Assembly (NCBI GenBank): GCA_963695875.1
Contig: CAVOID010000004.1
Coordinates: forward strand, 32,001 to 96,000
Direction of reading: 5' to 3'
DNA from: an uncultured delta proteobacterium
GTDB lineage: Bacteria; Desulfobacterota; Syntrophia; Syntrophales; UBA2185
Length of the DNA stretch: 64,000 nt
Shown: one piece after another, positions 30,512-40,354 of the stretch
Layout of the letters: the number at the start of each line of letters is the position of its first letter
How positions within the stretch are numbered: the first letter of the stretch is position 1
Notes under the pieces: generated by a model
What the model was told of the DNA's origin: nothing
Databases searched by the model: none
Seen by the model: the letters and a program-made list of their open reading frames with translations, nothing else
Program-made: the position numbers and the translations under genes

Positions 30512-32540
30512 ATGCAATCTACAAACGATCTGAATGCCATCTTCAAACCCAAGAGCATTGCGGTAATCGGAGCTTCGCCCACCGCCGGCAAGCTTGGCTA
30601 TGACATCACATACAACCTGATTCATGCCGGTTTTACCGGGCCGATATACCCGGTCAACCCGAAGGCCGATCAGATCCTGGGCCTGCCTGCATATAAGCAG
30701 ATCAGTGATATTTCACCCGCGCCGGACCTCGCAGTCGTCATCATCCCGGCGAAGGCAGTGCCGGGGACCATCGAACAATGTGGTTTAGCGGGTGTCAAGG
30801 CTGCCGTTGTCATAACCGGGGGATTTGCTGAGGCAGGAGAAGATGGTGCAAAACTCCAGGAGGAACTGGCGAATGCTGCTCGCCGTAATGGCGTCCGGGT
30901 GATCGGTCCCAATTGTCAAGGTGTTAATAACCCGCATCATAATCTCTGTGCCTCCTGGCCATTACTTACGATGAAGGGCGGCATGGCCTTTATCTCCCAG
31001 AGCGGGACGGTCGGGGCAGCGCTTATGGACTGGGCCAGCGAGGAGCACCTCGGTGTGAGTGTCTTCGTTAGTCTCGGCAATCGCGCCGATGTAGATGAAG
31101 CAGATTGCATCCGGTATTTTAACGGGGATCCTCATACCAAAGTAATCGCTCTTTATGTCGAGGGCGTCAAGCGGCCTGTTGAATTCCAAGAAGCTCTGGC
31201 CTCAGCTACGAAGCCTGTCGTTATTCTCAAGTCCGGGCGCACGCCCAGAGGCCGCGTCGCGGCGGAATCACACACCAAGTCACTGGCCGGGGTGGACGCC
31301 GTTTATGACGCCATCTTCAAAAAGTACCACGTCCACCGCGCCGAGACTATTGAGGAACTATACGACTTTGCCAAGGTACTGGCCCACATGTCCAAGCCTC
31401 CCGGGAAACGCTTGCTCAATATCACCAGTTCAGGAGGCTCTGCAATTCTCGCCATCGATCAGGCGGAAAAGCTGGGATTCGAATCACCGCCTCCGAGCGC
31501 CGACCTCAAGAAGCGATTGCGGGCTATCCTGCCCGCCCATTGCGCCGTTGATAACCCTATAGACCTTACCGGAGACGTCATCGGTGATCCGACCCTTTAT
31601 ACCAAAGTGATCGATGCCGCCAGGGCTGACTACGACACGATGGTAATCATTTTTGGTGATCCGATTCCCGGGGCTTCCACAATGGTCACCCCGGGCGCCT
31701 CTGAGCTGGTAATCTTTTTAGGCGGTGCCGATGTTGAACGGAAGGAACGTCCTCTGATGCACGAGCGAGGCATCCCGGTCTTTCCTACCCCCGAACGCGG
31801 CCTTAAGGCATTGTATCAATTCTTCCGTTTTGACAGCCGTCCCTCACCGCCATCCTCGCCGCATGTGTCGACTTCTGGGTTGCAGCTATTGCCTGCAGGT
31901 GAGGCCGCGGCATTGCTTGACGGCGCCGGTATTCCCACGACTCCCGCACCAGTTGCCGCATCGCCCGACGCCGCCGTGAGACTGGCGCGCGGTTTTAACG
32001 TACCGGTAGTCCTCAAGATAGCATCGCCGGATATAGCCCATAAAAGCGATGTCGGCGGTGTACGTCTTAGTCTGTCAACCGATGAAGAAGTGCGCGCTGC
32101 TTATCGGGAAATCATGGCAGGCGCTGCATCCCATGCCCCCCAGGCGAAGGTTGAGGGGGTGACCGTGTCACCGATGGCCGCGCCCGGCGGTTCGGAAGTT
32201 ATCGTAGGAGTCTTCACCGATCCTCAGTATGGCCCTACCATGATGTTTGGCTTGGGGGGGATTTTTACCGAGATATTCAAGGATGTGCAGTTCTGCCTGC
32301 TGCCTGCATTCGGAGGAAGAACTGTGGCAAACGGTACGATCCATCGTTGGTTACCCTGTCCTTGCCGGTATCCGGGGCCAGGCGCCCAAAGATTTGAAGG
32401 CACTGATAGAAGTCATGAAAGGTGTGTCTAAACTTGCTATCGATAATCCTGAATTAGATCAGATCGATCTTAACCCGGTGCTGGTTTACGAGCAGGGCGT
32501 CCGTGTTGTGGATGCCAGGATATTCAGGCGGATTTCATAG
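30512..32540 (+). CDS. ADP-forming acetate/acyl-CoA ligase, fused alpha-beta; frameshift near 32310
   Basis: PKSIAVIGAS, IGPNCQG, SQSG, AESHT, VLKIASPDIAHKSDVGGV, IDLNPV. Confidence 0.9.
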
Positions 32541-32616
32541 TATATTATGAGGGTACATGGCGAAGAGCATATAAGATCCTATCGACAATCTAAAAAGAAG
32601 GTAATTTCCTGATTGC

Positions 32617-33051
32617 TCAATGGAGTTTAAAGTCTTTCACCAGGTTGGCCAGGATTAATCCGAAGAAACTTTCCCCACCTGACTGGTAATGCCAGCCCAG
32701 GTGGGAGAAACAATGTGCACATAACGCAACACACCAACTGAATCCTTTAAACCAGGTGACATCATAAGTGGGAATACCATAAGTGAAACATCCCCAGGCA
32801 CTTGAAAAACAGCCGATGTGGAATGTTATTCCTGCAGGGTTTTTAAAAATGTGTGCATGCTGTCCATTGACAGTTATGCTATGTTCCATAGTTGTGATCT
32901 CACTCTTGCAATTTTTGCAGAGGATTGACTCTTTCTCGTTTTCCGTCTCAGTCTCCGGTGATATTTTCGAGCAAACTTCCTCGATCTCCTCTTCCGAAGA
33001 CTTCTTGAAGGTCCGCAAATAATCTATCCGATCTCTACCTTGAACAAGCAT
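32617..33051 (-). CDS. cereblon (CULT domain) family protein
   Basis: CKNC...FKNPAG..F.IGCF...TWFKGFSW.VALCAHC..HLGWHY. Confidence 0.85.
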   Translation of the reverse strand: MLVQGRDRIDYLRTFKKSSEEEIEEVCSKISPETETENEKESILCKNCKSEITTMEHSITVNGQHAHIFKNPAGITFHIGCFSSAWGCFTYGIPTYDVTWFKGFSWCVALCAHCFSHLGWHYQSGGESFFGLILANLVKDFKLH

Positions 33052-33669
33052 GGGTCAACATTGGGTTATTACTTTTTTAGATTTTACCTAATTTGGTGCA
33101 TTAAATCAAATTAACAAAAGAACCGACAGTTATCTCAGAGGAACTATGAATATCAGGGTTCGTGATGATCATACAATAGATATTATACTTGTAAAAAATT
33201 CCGACACTTATAATTGATAATGAACGAAGAAATGTATAAAAGTTTATAAATTACAATTAATTATGACAATTATCTGATGTTGTAAAGAATATCGACATCT
33301 TGAGACATAGCAAATTAAAATCCATAAAAATTCAATGAAATTGATAAGTTTTAGAATATAAAGAACACCGCTTGCAATAATGTCCTATTGATTAAGAATA
33401 TAAACTTATTTCTTATGTTCTAGTCAAATATGAATAGAGATTTACCGTTACTGAACATGGACTTATTTCATAACACGCTGTATCAATATCATTTTATATT
33501 GCCGATATAGTAATCCTCATAACACTTGCTGATAAGCACGATAGTCGGATTTCTTTACAATATTATGCAGCGATCGAGTTCTATTTGATTTCCCCCAAAC
33601 GCCAGAAAGCCATTTATAATCTTTATATTCAAATACTTATCTTCTTTAGCGTCCCATCAGAATTTCAGC

Positions 33670-33684
33670 TGGTATAATTATTGT
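33670..33684 (+). promoter_or_regulatory. possible sigma54 promoter
   Basis: TGGTAT-N5-TTGT versus consensus TGGCAC-N5-TTGC; three upstream copies of a TGTAAA-n-CGAC motif. Confidence 0.45.
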
Positions 33685-33790
33685 ATAACATCGTATGATA
33701 TTAAAGGTGTAATTATACGTAATTTTCTCAATTTGTAACTAATAGTTGAACATGGTGAAACTTATATTCATTGAGGAGTGAAAAGACACT

Positions 33791-34282
33791 ATGAGAGAAA
33801 ATGACGCGGATGTGAAATTAGGTTTGAGGACTTTGAATGAAGTGGAAGCCCTCAATTTATCTATATCAAAATATTTTGAAGGTAAATCAGAGTCGCCGCC
33901 GTTGAAGAGGGATGAGTCTTTGATCCTATCTGCCCTGACTATATATTTTCATGGTGTTTTAAAATAACTTTAAAACCATGCCCTTATGCATGGCATCAAC
34001 ACGGAAAATTTTATGAATGGAATTTGCATAGTCAGTCGTGAAAGTTACATCAAGGCACGCATCATTAAAATTAAGACGACGAATGAGTGCTGTATCGACG
34101 AAACGATCAAACTGGCATCCAATGGGATTTCATTAATGCTGTTAAGCCATGCACGAGTATCGGATGGATACCAGATGTTCCTTGAATCAGAGGCTGATGG
34201 AAAAATAATATGTCAGCAGATATTAGATGCATTGTTGCGTATGCCTGATGGTAACGTTGTAATTGAAAGAATCAATTGTTGA
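33791..34282 (+). CDS. hypothetical protein, apparently interrupted near 33965
   Basis: GAGGAG then ATG at 33791 (MRENDADVKLG...), stops near 33965, continues as ORF 33986-34282. Confidence 0.4.
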
Positions 34283-34477
34283 ATCCCCCCAAAGCCGTAC
34301 CTCACAAATGATGCTCTTTTACCACGTAGCTATCATTTTATAAGATCCTGAGGCGGTATTATCTTTAAGTCCCCAATTGTGATCTTATTTCATGCCGCAC
34401 CTTATAAGGCAGCGAGTATCTATTGTATGGCAAAGCTCTGGATTTTACCCCTCGAAGGCAAAGGCATAGACGTTGTC

Positions 34478-34594
34478 TGAATCCGGTAGCGAGCGCATTC
34501 CCCGTAGCTTGCTGCGGGGTAAGCGAGCGAATGGGGAACATTATTATTCCTTGTGGATCGAAGATTCTCCGCAGTTTACTGCGGAGAGCTTCAA
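34478..34594 (+). mobile_element. IS200/IS605-type non-autonomous element, family B
   Basis: TGAA ... CATT+hairpin ... GATT+hairpin ... TCAA; near-identical to 53240-53354. Confidence 0.8.
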
Positions 34595-34800
34595 TTCCAG
34601 CAAAAAACTTGTCTCCTTAATACTGTGCGATGTTTTAGTCTGTTTAGAAATTTTCTAAAAAATTAGTTGATTATGATGAAAAAGAATGTATTATTCACCA
34701 TATAGTTACATCAGTGCCTGGTGTAAATTGCTCAAAAAAAAGACAGACCAAATCATCTATAATTGAAATTGTACCGTCAAAGTTCTTAAAGGAGCGAAAG

Positions 34801-35157
34801 ATGGCTAATGGGAAAGATAAAGAGAGACGTCATCACTCGAGAAAAGCAATTTTAGCTCCGACGTTAATTAAGAAATACGATCTAGTAGGAACAACGTTAT
34901 GTACTGGAGCGATAACGAATATTTCACTCGGTGGTGTACGAATTACAATACCCAAAGATGTGAAGTGCGAAATATCGTTAGATCCACAAACGTCCAAATT
35001 TGAAATAGTTTTCACTTTGCCCAATGAGAAAAGACCGATATGTCTCGCATGTGAATCATGTAGGGTTGTTAATTCCGAAGAAAGCATCCATGTTGGAGCA
35101 GCCTTTATTGATGCTGATTTACAAAGCTACAAGGCACTTCAAGCATATCTTATGTAG
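34801..35157 (+). CDS. PilZ domain protein
   Basis: ERRHHSR and NISLGG motifs; ends VGAAF. Confidence 0.8.
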   Translation: MANGKDKERRHHSRKAILAPTLIKKYDLVGTTLCTGAITNISLGGVRITIPKDVKCEISLDPQTSKFEIVFTLPNEKRPICLACESCRVVNSEESIHVGAAFIDADLQSYKALQAYLM

Positions 35158-35367
35158 CACGTATCCTGTCTCAGAAAATAGCTGTACCCCTCAAGCGTGT
35201 GTTAACCCTGCCAGCAGTATATCTGAAAAATCATTTTTAACCGTTCAGTCTGATCTTCTTCATTTTTTGGAGAAGCATGATTCTATTTTCCGTGTAAGGT
35301 GACATTCATTTGTTCTCAACAGGCAATTGATTCTCTTGACAAGCCTCTCATACCTGTGTTACGCATC

Positions 35368-35530
35368 CCACTAACACGGGTAGTCCGAAAGGACGTGAGG
35401 GAAGGCGGTGCAAATCCGCCACGGGCCCGCCGCTGTAACCGGGGACGAAAACCGCAAGAGCCACTTTCCTCTCAGGATGGGAAGGCGCGGCAAGTAGAAA
35501 GAGCCGGAAGTCAGAAGACCTGCCTGTGGA
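35368..35530 (+). ncRNA. cobalamin riboswitch
   Basis: AGGGAAGGCGGTGCAAATCCGCCACGGGCCCGCCGCTGTAA ... GCCACT ... GGGAAGGC ... AGTCAGAAGACCTGCC. Confidence 0.92.
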
Positions 35531-35596
35531 CCACAGAAAGTTTTGACATGTGCGCGGTGCAGTCAAAACTGAATCTACCGGAGATGAAAAACGGCA

Positions 35597-35631
35597 TCCA
35601 CGGATCAGTCAATGGTCCGTGGATTTTTTTT
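35597..35631 (+). terminator. intrinsic terminator, probable riboswitch expression platform
   Basis: ATCCACGGATC-loop-GGTCCGTGGAT followed by a T run, before cobC. Confidence 0.7.
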
Positions 35632-35640
35632 AAGGTGTTT

Positions 35641-36261
35641 ATGGCTCGAAAATTGTTGCTTCTAAGACACGGCGATGTTGGTGATGAATACCATGACCGG
35701 TACATCGGAAGCACAAACGTCTCCCTGAGTGAACGGGGACATCAACAGGTGAGAACAATAAGCGCATGGCTCCGCAGTCAAAGTATAGATTGCTGTTATT
35801 GCAGCCCCCTGAAGCGATGCAAAGAAACGGCCGCAATTGTACTGGACCGGAGTAGTGTGGACTATAAGGTTGACCCGGACCTGCGGGAAATTGACTTTGG
35901 TAGGTGGGAAGGCCTGTCCTTTGCTGATATAGTGCAGGAGTTTCCCGATGAGGTAAAAAGGTGGTCCGATTTCGACATGGATTTTGCCTTTCCGGACGGT
36001 GAGAGAATCGGTGATTGTGTCAAAAGGATCGTCGGAATTGCAGATCGTCTAGCAGAAGATCCCGCCGACACCGTTCTGGTATGTACTCATGGAGGCATCA
36101 TACGGCTTTTGATATGTTATTTTCTCGGTCTCGAACCATGGCAGTATATCCTTTTCCGGGTAGAACGCGCCTCGGTTACAACTATCGCTTTGTTTGACGG
36201 CGCCGGCCTGCTGTGTGGGCTGAATGAAACAGGCAAGGCCGTTGAGGAGGCCGAGGGGTAA
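35641..36261 (+). CDS. cobC: histidine phosphatase, probable alpha-ribazole phosphatase
   Basis: LLRHG, SPLKRC, LREIDFGRWEG, THGG; cob operon context. Confidence 0.82.
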   Translation: MARKLLLLRHGDVGDEYHDRYIGSTNVSLSERGHQQVRTISAWLRSQSIDCCYCSPLKRCKETAAIVLDRSSVDYKVDPDLREIDFGRWEGLSFADIVQEFPDEVKRWSDFDMDFAFPDGERIGDCVKRIVGIADRLAEDPADTVLVCTHGGIIRLLICYFLGLEPWQYILFRVERASVTTIALFDGAGLLCGLNETGKAVEEAEG

Positions 36262-36266
36262 GATAT

Positions 36267-36818
36267 ATGGCAAGAATCATCCTCATAACAGGCGGCAGCA
36301 GAAGCGGTAAAAGCGCATATGCGCAGACTTTTGCTGAATCTATTTCCGGTATTCGAACCTATATCGCAACCTGTCCCTGCATCGATGAGGAAATGGAGAA
36401 GCGCATTCGTAAGCACAGAGAAGCGCGGCAAGCGGCATCCTGGCAGACCATCGAAGAGACGAAAGACCTTGCAGGCGCATTGCAAAGGGCAAGGGGAAGC
36501 CAGGTGATCATGGTTGACTGCCTTACCTTATGGATCAATAATCTCATGTATGAAGCCGAGTTGCAAGGTAAGGATATCACCGAGGAGGATATAGCCGTGT
36601 TGTGCAGAGATGTTCTCGGAGTTTGTGATGATCTTTCCTGCACGGTTATTTTTGTAACCAATGAGGTTGGAATGGGAATCATTCCCGAAAATCCCGCCTC
36701 CCGCCTTTATCGGGATCTTGCGGGACGGTGCAATCAGATAATAGCGGGCCGCGCCGACGCTGTCACTTTCATGATAAGCGGCCTCCCCTTGAATATCAAA
36801 GGAGATAAAATAATATGA
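36267..36818 (+). CDS. cobU: adenosylcobinamide kinase/guanylyltransferase
   Basis: TGGSRSGKS, EMEKRIRKH, VDCLTLW, VTNEVGMG. Confidence 0.93.
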   Translation: MARIILITGGSRSGKSAYAQTFAESISGIRTYIATCPCIDEEMEKRIRKHREARQAASWQTIEETKDLAGALQRARGSQVIMVDCLTLWINNLMYEAELQGKDITEEDIAVLCRDVLGVCDDLSCTVIFVTNEVGMGIIPENPASRLYRDLAGRCNQIIAGRADAVTFMISGLPLNIKGDKII

Positions 36819-37879
36819 ACTTGCTTGGATCGACTATTAAAAAGATAGCCCCCCAGGACGCGGACGCCCGCAAACGGGCAAGGACAAGGCTTGAACAGCT
36901 CACCATGCCATACTGGGCGCTCGGCCGGTTGATGGACCTGGCCGAGGAATTGGCGGGAATTACCGGATCGATAAAACCGCCTGTAGGACGAAAGACTGTA
37001 GTCACCATGGCAGGTGATCATGGAATTGCTGCGGCTGGAGTTAGCAAATATCCGCAGGAAGTGACCGTGCAGATGGTATATAACTTCGTGAACGGCGGCG
37101 CCGGTATCAATGCCCTGGCAAGGCTTGTCGGCGCCCGGGTAGTGGTCGTTGATATGGGCGTGGCCGGAGACCTGAGCGCACTGGTTAAAGGGGGAAAGAT
37201 TATTTCCAAGAAGGTGGCAGCAGGGACAAAAAATATGGTAACCGGGCCGGCAATGTCCCGGGATGAGGCGGTTCGCTCTCTGGAAGGTGGAATTGAAGTG
37301 GCCCAGGAACTGGGGGCATCGACTGACATCTTCGGGACAGGCGATATGGGAATCGGCAACACCTCTCCCAGCGCTGCGATCATTAACATATTCAGTGGTT
37401 CTTCGGTCTCCGAGATAGCGGGCCGTGGCACAGGGATAGATGATGGGCAGCTGCTGCATAAAGTTGCGATGATCGAAAAAGCCATCGAGGTAAATAAACC
37501 CAATCCTGATGACGCCCTTGATGTCCTGGCAAAAGTAGGTGGATTTGAGATCGGTGGGATAGCCGGTTTAATTTTGGGTGCTGCCTCCATGAGAAAGCCC
37601 GTTCTCATCGATGGATTTATATCCACGGCCGGTGCGCTGATTGCCGCTAATTTAGCTCCGGCTGCCCGCGAATACATGATCGCCTCTCATCGCAGCATGG
37701 AGAAAGGACATAAAATCGCCCTCGATTGTCTGGGGAAAAAACCTCTCCTGGATCTGGATCTCAGGCTCGGTGAGGGAACGGGCGCGGCTCTCTCCATGAA
37801 CCTGGTAGAAGCTGCCGTTCGGATTATTACCGAAGTAGCCACCTTTGAAGAGGCGGCTGTATCTAAGGCGGATAAATGA
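36815..37879 (+). CDS. cobT: nicotinate-nucleotide dimethylbenzimidazole phosphoribosyltransferase
   Basis: AGDHG, GGAGIN, GDMGIGNT, LRLGEGTGA. Confidence 0.95.
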   Translation: MNLLGSTIKKIAPQDADARKRARTRLEQLTMPYWALGRLMDLAEELAGITGSIKPPVGRKTVVTMAGDHGIAAAGVSKYPQEVTVQMVYNFVNGGAGINALARLVGARVVVVDMGVAGDLSALVKGGKIISKKVAAGTKNMVTGPAMSRDEAVRSLEGGIEVAQELGASTDIFGTGDMGIGNTSPSAAIINIFSGSSVSEIAGRGTGIDDGQLLHKVAMIEKAIEVNKPNPDDALDVLAKVGGFEIGGIAGLILGAASMRKPVLIDGFISTAGALIAANLAPAAREYMIASHRSMEKGHKIALDCLGKKPLLDLDLRLGEGTGAALSMNLVEAAVRIITEVATFEEAAVSKADK

Positions 37880-37885
37880 AACCAC

Positions 37886-38158
37886 ACGACTTCGTAAAAA
37901 GTCCATATGCTGTGTTGCGCTTCATCCGGAGCCTGTTCCGAGTGAAGCGAGGAATCTCCGAGTTTGCTTCGGCTGCGCCTCGCAACCATTGCAGCGTCCG
38001 TCTGTGTACGCCTCATTCCTCAGTGCTCTGGGAGCGCCTGCCAGAGCCTGCCGGGAGACAGGCGATGGTGCGCGATGCATAAAGTGAGTCCTTGCCAGTG
38101 CGCGCCGCAAGGCAAGCAAATCGCGCGCCTTGCCTATGGAACTTTTTACAAAGCCGTC
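37886..38158. mobile_element. MITE with terminal inverted repeats (family C) carrying nested inserts
   Basis: ACGACTTCGTAAAAAG ... CTTTTTACAAAGCCGTC; internal blocks shared with 47657-47782. Confidence 0.75.
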
Positions 38159-38184
38159 TATTACCCATTCATCCTTAATGTATT

Positions 38185-38937
38185 ATGATATTACCATTAT
38201 TAGCAGCCATCCAGTTTCTGACCGTTATCCCATTTCCAAAGAGTTTCGTGGGTGGTGAAAAGGAACTTGAGAAATGTGTGCCCTATTTCCCTATCGTTGG
38301 CTTACTTATCGGTATTATCGTAGCGGCTTTTGACCACATCATTGGCTTCGTCCTTCCACCATTGCCAGTAAGTGTGATTACTGCGATTGCTATGACTTGT
38401 ATATCGGGGGGATTGCATATGGACGGCTTGGCGGATACGGCAGACGGTTTTTTCAGTGCCCGGCCGCGCGATAAAATTCTTGCAATCATGAGGGACAGCC
38501 GGACCGGTGTCATGGGGGTAGTCGCTGTTGTATTTTTGATTATTCTGAAGGTTTCCCTATTGATGTCTCTCTCCCCGCTTTTCCGTACCGGTATCATTAT
38601 CCTGATGCCCCTGGCGGGACGATGTTCCCTGGTAATGATGATGACTGCGCTCTCCTATGTCAGAAGCGAGGGTGGTCTCGCGACAGCGTTCGGTAAGAGG
38701 AAATCCTGGTTGAATGTCCTCTGGGCATCGGCATTCCTTCTCACTGCAGGGTGGATTGCCGCTCACGGACTTGGCCTTGTTGTAAGTGTTTCATCACTTC
38801 TCGTGGCTGCACTGTTCTTGGTTTACTGTTTCCGGAAGATTGGCGGATATACAGGTGATACTCTGGGTGCTGTTTGTGAGATTACAGAGATTATTCCGGC
38901 CCTAGCGGCTGTCGCCATGGGCAGGATTTTGACCTGA
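38185..38937 (+). CDS. cobS: adenosylcobinamide-GDP ribazoletransferase
   Basis: GGLHMDGLADTADG, IMRDSRTG, GGYTGDTLGA. Confidence 0.95.
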   Translation: MILPLLAAIQFLTVIPFPKSFVGGEKELEKCVPYFPIVGLLIGIIVAAFDHIIGFVLPPLPVSVITAIAMTCISGGLHMDGLADTADGFFSARPRDKILAIMRDSRTGVMGVVAVVFLIILKVSLLMSLSPLFRTGIIILMPLAGRCSLVMMMTALSYVRSEGGLATAFGKRKSWLNVLWASAFLLTAGWIAAHGLGLVVSVSSLLVAALFLVYCFRKIGGYTGDTLGAVCEITEIIPALAAVAMGRILT

Positions 38938-38984
38938 ACAACCTGGTGAAAAGTCTGTTTTTCAACACCCTCTGAAGATTTCAC

Positions 38985-39932
38985 ATGAAACTGGAATATC
39001 AGATTATTGTCGCTCTTGCTTTGGATCTGCTCGTAGGCGACCCGCGCTGGTTTCCCCATCCGGTGAAACTGATAGGGCGTTTCGCTGTTTTTCTGGAGAA
39101 ACCGCTGAGAAAATTCTTCCAGAATCCCCGCATCGCCGGTTTGACAGCGGTTATTTCTGTACTTGCAGTTACGGGACTGGCAACACTTGCAATAATAATG
39201 GCTGCCGGCCTTTTGCATCCCCTCGTTGCCGATGCGGTTTCCATCATTCTTCTCTATACGACCTTTGCCGCGAAGGATCTCATCATGCACAGCTTAAATG
39301 TGTATAAGGGATTGAAAGAGGGAAGTCTTGAGAAAGCCAGGCAAAAGGTTGCCCTCCTGGTGGGCAGGGATACCGATAGCCTCGATGAAACCGGCATTAT
39401 CCGTGCGACCGTGGAAAGCGTTGCCGAAAATACCGTAGACGGTGTAACAGCGCCATTATTTTTTGCTGTCCTTGCGGGGCCCGTGGGGGCAATGCTTTAT
39501 AAGGCTGTCAATACCCTTGACTCTACTTTTGGATACAGGAATGAGCGATATATAGAATTTGGCTGGGCCGCGGCAAGGCTGGATGATCTCGTTAACTTCA
39601 TACCGGCCAGATTGACTGCGTTGCTGATCCCTTTCGCTGCTTTTTTTCTGGGACTCAGCCCGTTGAACTCCTTTAAAATGATCTTCCGGGATCGAAAAAA
39701 ACATCCCAGCCCCAATTCAGGACTGGCGGAAGCTGCCGTTGCGGGAGCACTGGGAGTGCAACTTGGAGGACTGAATTATTACTTTGGACAGCCATCCTTC
39801 AGAGCAACCCTCGGAGATCCCATCAGAGAGCTGAGTAAGAGAGATATACTGAAGGCAAATGCCCTTACGCTTATCACGCTAATTCTTGCAGCTATCGTTT
39901 TTCTTGCTGTCAGGCTGTGTCTTTATCTGTAA
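38985..39932 (+). CDS. cbiB: adenosylcobinamide-phosphate synthase
   Basis: GDPRWFPHPV, VGRDT, ESVAEN..DGV.APLF, NTLDS..GY, HPSPNSG. Confidence 0.95.
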   Translation: MKLEYQIIVALALDLLVGDPRWFPHPVKLIGRFAVFLEKPLRKFFQNPRIAGLTAVISVLAVTGLATLAIIMAAGLLHPLVADAVSIILLYTTFAAKDLIMHSLNVYKGLKEGSLEKARQKVALLVGRDTDSLDETGIIRATVESVAENTVDGVTAPLFFAVLAGPVGAMLYKAVNTLDSTFGYRNERYIEFGWAAARLDDLVNFIPARLTALLIPFAAFFLGLSPLNSFKMIFRDRKKHPSPNSGLAEAAVAGALGVQLGGLNYYFGQPSFRATLGDPIRELSKRDILKANALTLITLILAAIVFLAVRLCLYL

Positions 39933-39934
39933 AT

Positions 39935-39984
39935 GTGAAGCTCTCCGCCCGCAGGGCGGGGCTTGCGGGATGTGCTCCCGGTCA
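39935..39984 (-). mobile_element. single-hairpin derivative of the family A IS200/IS605-type element
   Basis: Minus strand TGACCGGGAGCACATCCCGCAAGCCCCGCCCTGCGGGCGGAGAGCTTCAC, i.e. left end joined to right end of 13871-13979. Confidence 0.75.
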
Positions 39985-40354
39985 GGACTTCACCTGGCAG
40001 GCAATGTCGAATTTGGTCTCGACTGATAACTGCTAATCTTCAGAATCACTCATTAATAAAGCGAACGATTTCTATTTGAACCCCACATGCCGACTCCCAC
40101 GACATAAGAAATAATGAAAATTATAGTTGCACTTAAGGCCTCGCTTCATTTATTAGATGGTATAACATGAATCATATGGGAAAAAGGTCGAAGGCAACTT
40201 GTGGTTTGAGAGCTCCGGATTTGAAACTGACCCAAGCAGTAATAGATATATAACAATGTTGTCATAGAGCGCGCAGGAGAAATTTTTTGCATCAGCCGGC
40301 TTAAGGATTTATAAAAGTAGCACTTCTTGAACGATTGATTTTTAGGCGGGAAAA

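Noticed and set aside
34423..34658. Small ORFs duplicated at 34423-34658 and 53173-53372
   Set aside because: They are translations of the family B mini-element, not independent genes.
35299..35640. N-terminal extension of CobC as in the 320-aa ORF call
   Set aside because: This stretch is the cobalamin riboswitch and terminator; the phosphatase starts at ATG 35641.
40150..40260. Riboswitch upstream of the PAS-LuxR gene
   Set aside because: Only vague resemblance; I could not find the conserved cores of purine or c-di-GMP aptamers.
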